Shown here: positions 58,305-64,000 of the stretch, in pieces
How positions within the stretch are numbered: the stretch's first letter is position 1
Layout of the letters: each line of letters begins with the position of its first letter
From: Phoronis australis
Lineage: Eukaryota > Animalia > Phoronida
DNA length: 64,000 nucleotides
Direction of reading: 5' to 3'
NCBI GenBank assembly: GCA_002633005.1
Contig: NMRA01000001.1
Coordinates: 2,463,695 to 2,527,694, forward strand
Program-made: the position numbers and the translations under genes
The notes under the pieces: generated by a model
What the model saw: only the letters and a program-made list of their open reading frames with translations
What the model was told of the DNA's origin: nothing
Database searches by the model: none

Positions 58305-59392
58305 CTGTATTCACCCTAACAAGTGCCAAGGGCACTTTGTTTCAGGGGAGGGCGCTTATTGTAGCCTAAGGCCGTTGAAACACGGTCTCCGAAACCGGTG
58401 AAATCGGAATCTAGGATTCATCAAATTTACGCTCTGCGACGTATCCGTTACCCATGACAGACTTTCCACAAAATTGTGGTGCATTGCTATCAAACTTCGT
58501 TGTTTAATTACAATCCTTTTCCAGAAAATTGTGCGGAAATCTCAGGGCGAAAACTTGCCTACTGATGCGTCGCTGCCTCACGATCGTCAACAGGGCAACT
58601 TGAATTCTTGAATAAAAATACAGTTTTGACTCAAACAAAATACCTGAAATCCTCCTTAAGTTTTCCAAATAACGTCCCTAAAATTTTTAAGTTCCTGTGG
58701 AGTCGGGATTAACCGCAGATTAAGTCCAAACCTGTGCTAGATCACACCCTGAAACACCAGAAAAATCTGGACAAACACAGGTTGTTGTCACATGACGTTT
58801 GTTTTGAAGTTCGTCTACGTGTGTATGTGCTGAGTGAGCGAGCGCGTGTGTGTCACCGGAGTTCATTTGCCAAAGTGGCAGGCCTACATGTATGTAGCGC
58901 GCTCTTCCTGGCCACGTGCTTTTAACACCAATTTTTTTGCCTTCACTAATTCCCAGTTTTCATACTGTACAAAGAAATCTGGATTCCTGTTGAAGGAGAA
59001 GACCTGTACAGGAAAGATACAATACAATCCCGTTGACAAGTACGCTGCATCTTTTCTGAAAGGCATGACCATAGTGGGACAGTCATTCCTCGCAAGATTA
59101 GCAAAACTTTTGCATTCTTTTTGATGCACTGCGGAAGTGTGAAGTGTATAGTCACGGCTAATTACCGAAATAGCAGCGAGGCTCATAGTCTAGAAATTCC
59201 GTGCACAATGATTTTTTCAAGACTGTTGGATATTATTGATAAATTGAAGACGTTACTGAAGAATTTTAGAACTGTAGGTAAGGCATTTTTCGCATGTATA
59301 CGTGTTCGTGGGCTGAGCGGTTACTTAAGCGAAGACTGAAAATGCATGGGGGCCGCTTATAGAGGCATGGGCGCTTATTAGGGCGAATGCAA
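58305..59392 (+). mobile_element. TIR element with frameshifted HIRAN-like ORF; copy 2 (internally shorter)
   Basis: TA|CTGTATTCACCCTAACAAGTGCC...GGGCGCTTATTAGGGCGAATGCA. Translated fragments [13 protein letters not shown] / YNPVDKYAASFLKGMTIVG / [58 protein letters not shown] at ~58965-59280. Confidence 0.8.
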
Positions 59393-60099
59393 TGCTGTAA
59401 AAGAGACATTCCAAACAAAAGTGAAACTCAGACTCAACATTAGGCTGAACGTAAACAGGACATAGCCGGTTATGCTTGAAGGTGACCGAAATTTTACAAG
59501 TAAAACTTGGCAAGGAATGCTTATCAGCTTTATATGCCAGACATGAAAAAACAGAACTCAATGGAAGGTTCCAACAAACCACTTGGGCCACGCCCACCAT
59601 AGTTACCATTGCAACTCCAGTATGGCTAAGTCCTCACGTACGCTTTCTTTTCGAGGCAATATCCACTTACATGGGTTCCAAATTTTGAGAATAAGATTGA
59701 TGCCCGTTATTTAGTGGAGAAAACTGGTTCTCAAAACCCAAGACACCTGAAAGTGACTATAATCTTTTTTGATGTGTTCCCACTGATATTTCATAGAAGG
59801 CTGTTGCTATTTACCGATAAAGCATTTAACTCTCATTGGTAGATAATGGTGACATGATGGCTTGTTAGCCAAATAATTAAATAATAATTATTTGATATTC
59901 ACCCGACAAACTTTTCAACAATCTCATTGGGTAACACCACGCCACTTATCCTTATCAGTCAATAGTGGCATTTTTGCTATAAAGGCCATCAATCTGCTCA
60001 ATCCACTAGGTCATAATGAAATGCTATGCTTAAACACAATAACATCAAAACTTGAATTGCTGTGCGTGCAACATTTTGTATTGACTTTGAAGATCTTAT

Positions 60100-60580
60100 T
60101 CAGGAATATTAAAATGGTAACATAACGTTGGTTTGGTAAGAAAAGGAGAAAAATTAGGAAGTCCTGCAGAAAATATTCGTTGCAAGAAATGGAACGCATC
60201 ACTAGCCTTTAAGAAAATGCATTTATTTAGTTCAAAGGAAGGTATTGCGAATTGTCACTTACAATGGCTGAGGACTGCCGTCGCGAACGTGCCCAATGTC
60301 CGCGTCTTCAAACAGAAATACTAGGACTTTGTGCATGGTTCAGGACTGTAGGCCTCAGCTCATCATCACTTTACTCTATTTTATCTAATTCATTCATCTA
60401 ATTGTACATATTAACTAATTTTTATACTAATTTATTTTATTTGTTAACCATTTCAATCTTATTGTACATAGCTATCTGCATTTTACTTCATGTAATTATT
60501 TCCAACTGGGCCCACTTGAAAATCAGCATTTCATTAAAGTGGTCACCCAGTCTTATAAAGAAGTTTCAATAACTAAAAAA
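60100..60580 (+). mobile_element. Possible 3' end remnant of a CR1/L2-type LINE
   Basis: T-rich 3'UTR-like stretch followed by GGGCCCACTTGAAAATCAGC...GTGGTCACCCAG...AAAGAAGTTTCAATAA and a short A tail, resembling invertebrate LINE termini. No RT ORF is recognisable. Confidence 0.35.
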
Positions 60581-61039
60581 TTGTAATTTCACTTACTTTT
60601 TTAAACTGATAATAAAGCCATATAACAAATTAGAACATCTAATTCTTCCATCACATTCTCTGTTCTTAGCTCTTTCCAGCAAGATTTTAGGTATGGAGAA
60701 ATTTAGTTCTGCATATTTGATTTGTAACAAAGGCTGATCCATGACCAGTTCACCACAGGCAAGCTCCCGCTTTGTAAGCTCCCAAACAACAAATTCATGT
60801 GATCAGCGATTCCTGGGAGCTAATCATAATTTAGATCAACCACTTACAAGACAAGACTACAAGTTAGTGACGTGAAGTGCTAAGTTTTCATTGTTCACTA
60901 ACGGAGAAATGCTAGTAAACTTAACAATAGCTTCAAGAGGGTGCAAAGAAAGTCAGCAATGTGCTCCTCAGAACACACCTGACATCTTTCATCATGAATC
61001 TTCACCTAGCTTGGAGGACAGAGAGGCGCGTAACAAAAC

Positions 61040-62300
61040 ACTTCGTAATAACAATAACAAGGCCACTAGAGGTGCAATGTAAGTCAAATCCGTCTGAAAT
61101 AGGGACTATGGTGTCGTCTATGGGATTAGAAACCTATTCGTCAAATATCATGGACATCTATGAAAGATCTTGATAGATATCAAGGCAAACACAAACAAAA
61201 ACAAAACTGCCGCAGTAGACAGATTTGACAATGAACACTTAGATATTTTATGAAGATTCATCAAGGAACTTGGTAAATATTAAGCAACTGGCAAAAAACA
61301 AAATTGCCATTAAAGGGTGCCGCAGTATACATCGTTAGCATGCACAGGATAAAACATATACACCAGTTTTTATAATGATCCTTAGAGTGATTGAGAGACG
61401 AATGCCAAAAACAAATAATTAAAATGGGCACTAGGTGGCGTACAACAGGCTAAATCATTCCCTAAATGGGAAGGTGTTATCGCCTCTATAAACAGAATCT
61501 TATTTGCCAAATTTCGTGAAAATCCGTTTAAGGAACTCTGAACATACAGAAGGAAATACAAAATAAAATTACCACTAGAGGCCACAGTGGTAGTCAGATA
61601 CATCCGAAAGTATTTGCCATAGAAGTACAGAAGCCAATTTTCACAAATATACTGCAAGGATTTAGGAAAAACAGCTGCAGATGCAAAAAGCAAGACTGTC
61701 ACTAGGAGGTGCCACAGTAGTCGAAGACCCGTCCAAAAATCATTGTCAGCCATGCTCTTCCTATAAAGAACACATTATCAATTTTCATAATGATAGTTAG
61801 AGTGGTTCGACTGATAGAGAGGCAGACATCAAAATCTCTAAAACTAATTTTAAAATGGCCACTACTCACTAGGAGGAAAACAGTAGGTCTAATCCATCTG
61901 AAAACAGGAAGCCACCTTTATAACAGAAACATATTTGTCAAATTTTAATAATAATTTGTAAAGGAACTCGGAAGATACAGAAGAAAATGGAAAAGACTAG
62001 AACCACACAAGGAGGCACAGCAGTAACCAGATCCATCTGAAAGTCATCATCACCTGTTTTCACCTTTATAGGAATAGATTTGCCAAATTTAGCAAAGATT
62101 CTGCAGAAGGTTTAGAAGATACACAGGCAAATTTGTAAAAAATAAAATTGCACACCTGTAGTCGGAAAAAACTGAAAATTCACTCATGTCGTCCCATCCG
62201 TGAAGGAATACACCTACAAAATTTCATGAGCATCCATCATTCATCCAGGGGTGTGGGAGACAGAGCAGCATACGTCAGATGAACGGACATGAATGGCAGT
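61040..62300 (+). repeat. Degenerate satellite-like array (~130-165-bp units) with CACTAG(A/G)(G/T)GGC heads; related pieces at ~46490-46620 and ~51480-51980
   Basis: Recurring unit layout AAAATGG-CCACTAGRNGGC-ACAGTAGTC-RATCC.TCYGAAA ... GCCAAATTTC(A/G)TGA...AAGGAACTCGGAAGATACAG. Unit heads at 61061, 61426, 61571, 61700, 61867 and 62003. Confidence 0.7.
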
Positions 62301-62732
62301 AGAAAACACCAGTATAAAAATATGTGGCCAGATAAAAATACTCTCTATTTTTAGAAAACGTACTGCACAAAAATGCAAACAGGAGAATGAATACCTCAGA
62401 TAAAATTAAGTATTTAAAGATCCTAACGAAGACAATGCCATTCTATCTGGCAGTCACGTCCCTAAAAACTCCTAAAAGAGAGACTCCCCGTCTTTAGTAC
62501 CACAAAAACGTTATTTTATGCTGGTGCTCGTTTAACTTACAGGTGTACTTGCCAATATTATGCACAACAAGCATTAGTGTAATTTACAGAAAATATCCCA
62601 GCACATAGGATGTATTAGTGTGTGCCACTGCCAATAATCAACTCAAGTACTCTCAGTCTGCTTATAGCCTATAGGTCAGATGTGAGGGTCCCAGATTTGA
62701 GAACTCCACTGAACAGTGCTGAATATCAAAAG

Positions 62733-62891
62733 CAAAGACACATCCAGGGGGGTAAAGGGGGTCCGGACCCCCCTTTTTCCTTTGATTTTAATCGTATCAA
62801 ATCTAGAATTTTTAATTTGCTGACTTGGGACGCCCTCTTTTAAAAAATCCATGATCTTATCCCCCTTTTAAAAATCCTGGATCCGCCCCTG
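62733..62891. mobile_element. hAT-like MITE with 5-bp TSD AAAAG
   Basis: AAAAG|CAAAGACACATCCAGGGGG...AAATCCTGGATCCGCCCCTG|AAAAG; the left TIR is degenerate. Confidence 0.7.
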
Positions 62892-64000
62892 AAAAGGCAT
62901 TAGTTAGTGGAATGAACTGGTTCTCTTTCCTCCTCAGAACCAGGACCGTTACATGCAGCTTGAACCGTATATTCATTCATTGAAGTTTAGGCTGAAAATT
63001 GAAGATGATGATCAATGTCATTGACTGAGCTGTCATACAGTGTCATGTCATTCATTCAAACATCAGGTGGTCAAGAAAATCTCGGTTTCAGATTCAGTCA
63101 ATGAAAAATTGACACGAAAATTGACGGAAACAGCTAAGAACTACAAGAATGAGTTTTATACTTGATGGAAGCCTGAATTAAAAAATATATCTGCATAAGA
63201 AGGGACCAAAACAATTACCTGCCTGTCCATGTTAGACCGGATGTAAACATTCTTGATACACTTACGTTCGATTACATAATCAAACTGACCTTCTTCAACT
63301 TACTACAAATTCAAGGACAAATAAATTATCAATTACAACATATGAGGTGAAAATTCATGTAAGTGTGCGGAATTAAAACTTTGATATATTGACAGCTTGA
63401 TGTTTTCGCGCGACACATTTCCTCTGAACAAAAGGAAACTACAGATCCAGACAAGCGAAGTTGCTGTGGCGCGAATTTCAGAATTCCATCAAAAATAAGG
63501 TTGTTTCGGCACTTAGTTTAAATGTAAGTTGTTATTAGATTAGTCATGCAATTCTAATTACCTTTACCTTCGTACACTGCTCCCCTTTCTTCAGTTTTGA
63601 GTTTGAATTAGTTGATACTCAATAGGCATTTTCGTACATCGTCATCGCCTTGTATACCATAATTTACATCGCCCTGGATCCCGCAGGCATAGAGTGGCGA
63701 TGGTACATCCCCACAAAAAGTTACGAATTTCAAAATACAGGAAATAAAATCAAATGGAACATGCATATGTGCACATAGGCAATGACCATCGCCTCTGTTG
63801 GCCCGGCCAGAGGCGATGCAGCTAGGCGCTCCATACGCCGGAAGCTTTTCGGTGAATTATGCCTCGCACCGACTAAAACACCAAAGTCACATTACTATAA
63901 ATGCCTTTTGCGCATAGAGGAACACCTTAGGAGGTTGTCGATGTGTTTAATTCCTTCCAACTCGAACAAATACTTCAGTTATGAAACTTTCTTCGAGCAG

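Noticed and set aside
63592-63630. MPIEYQLIQTQN as a PLD3 N-terminal exon with a YxxPhi motif
   Set aside because: An in-frame TGA occurs before the nearby donor sites.
63787-63826. Helitron 3' end (hairpin followed by CTAG)
   Set aside because: CTAG is only 3 nt from the hairpin and is followed by G rather than T; no matching 5' TC end identified.

Overview
Eukaryotic, intron-rich, AT-rich DNA, most consistent with a marine bilaterian invertebrate; nothing prokaryotic is present. Four spliced protein-coding genes can be assembled by hand with GT-AG introns and consistent phases: MCCC2 (+, 13 coding exons, 573 aa), ANKEF1 (-, 7 coding exons, 778 aa, tail-to-tail with MCCC2), a 3-exon NNMT/INMT/PNMT-family methyltransferase (-, 249 aa) and PLD3/PLD4-like (-, 9 coding exons, 480 aa, both HKD motifs intact, 5' end unresolved). 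Introns and intergenic DNA hold many non-autonomous DNA transposons, tandem duplications and hairpins. The most notable unexplained items are: a TA-flanked TIR element present twice that carries a decayed HIRAN-like ORF and no transposase; a ~690-bp near-perfect foldback in MCCC2 intron 1; a satellite-like repeat family carrying co-oriented CTCF-like motifs; a pre-miRNA-shaped hairpin just upstream of the methyltransferase ATG; MITEs with 5-bp target duplications; and a possible antisense orphan gene upstream of the PLD3 coding exons. All assignments come from reading the sequence by eye; no database search was run.
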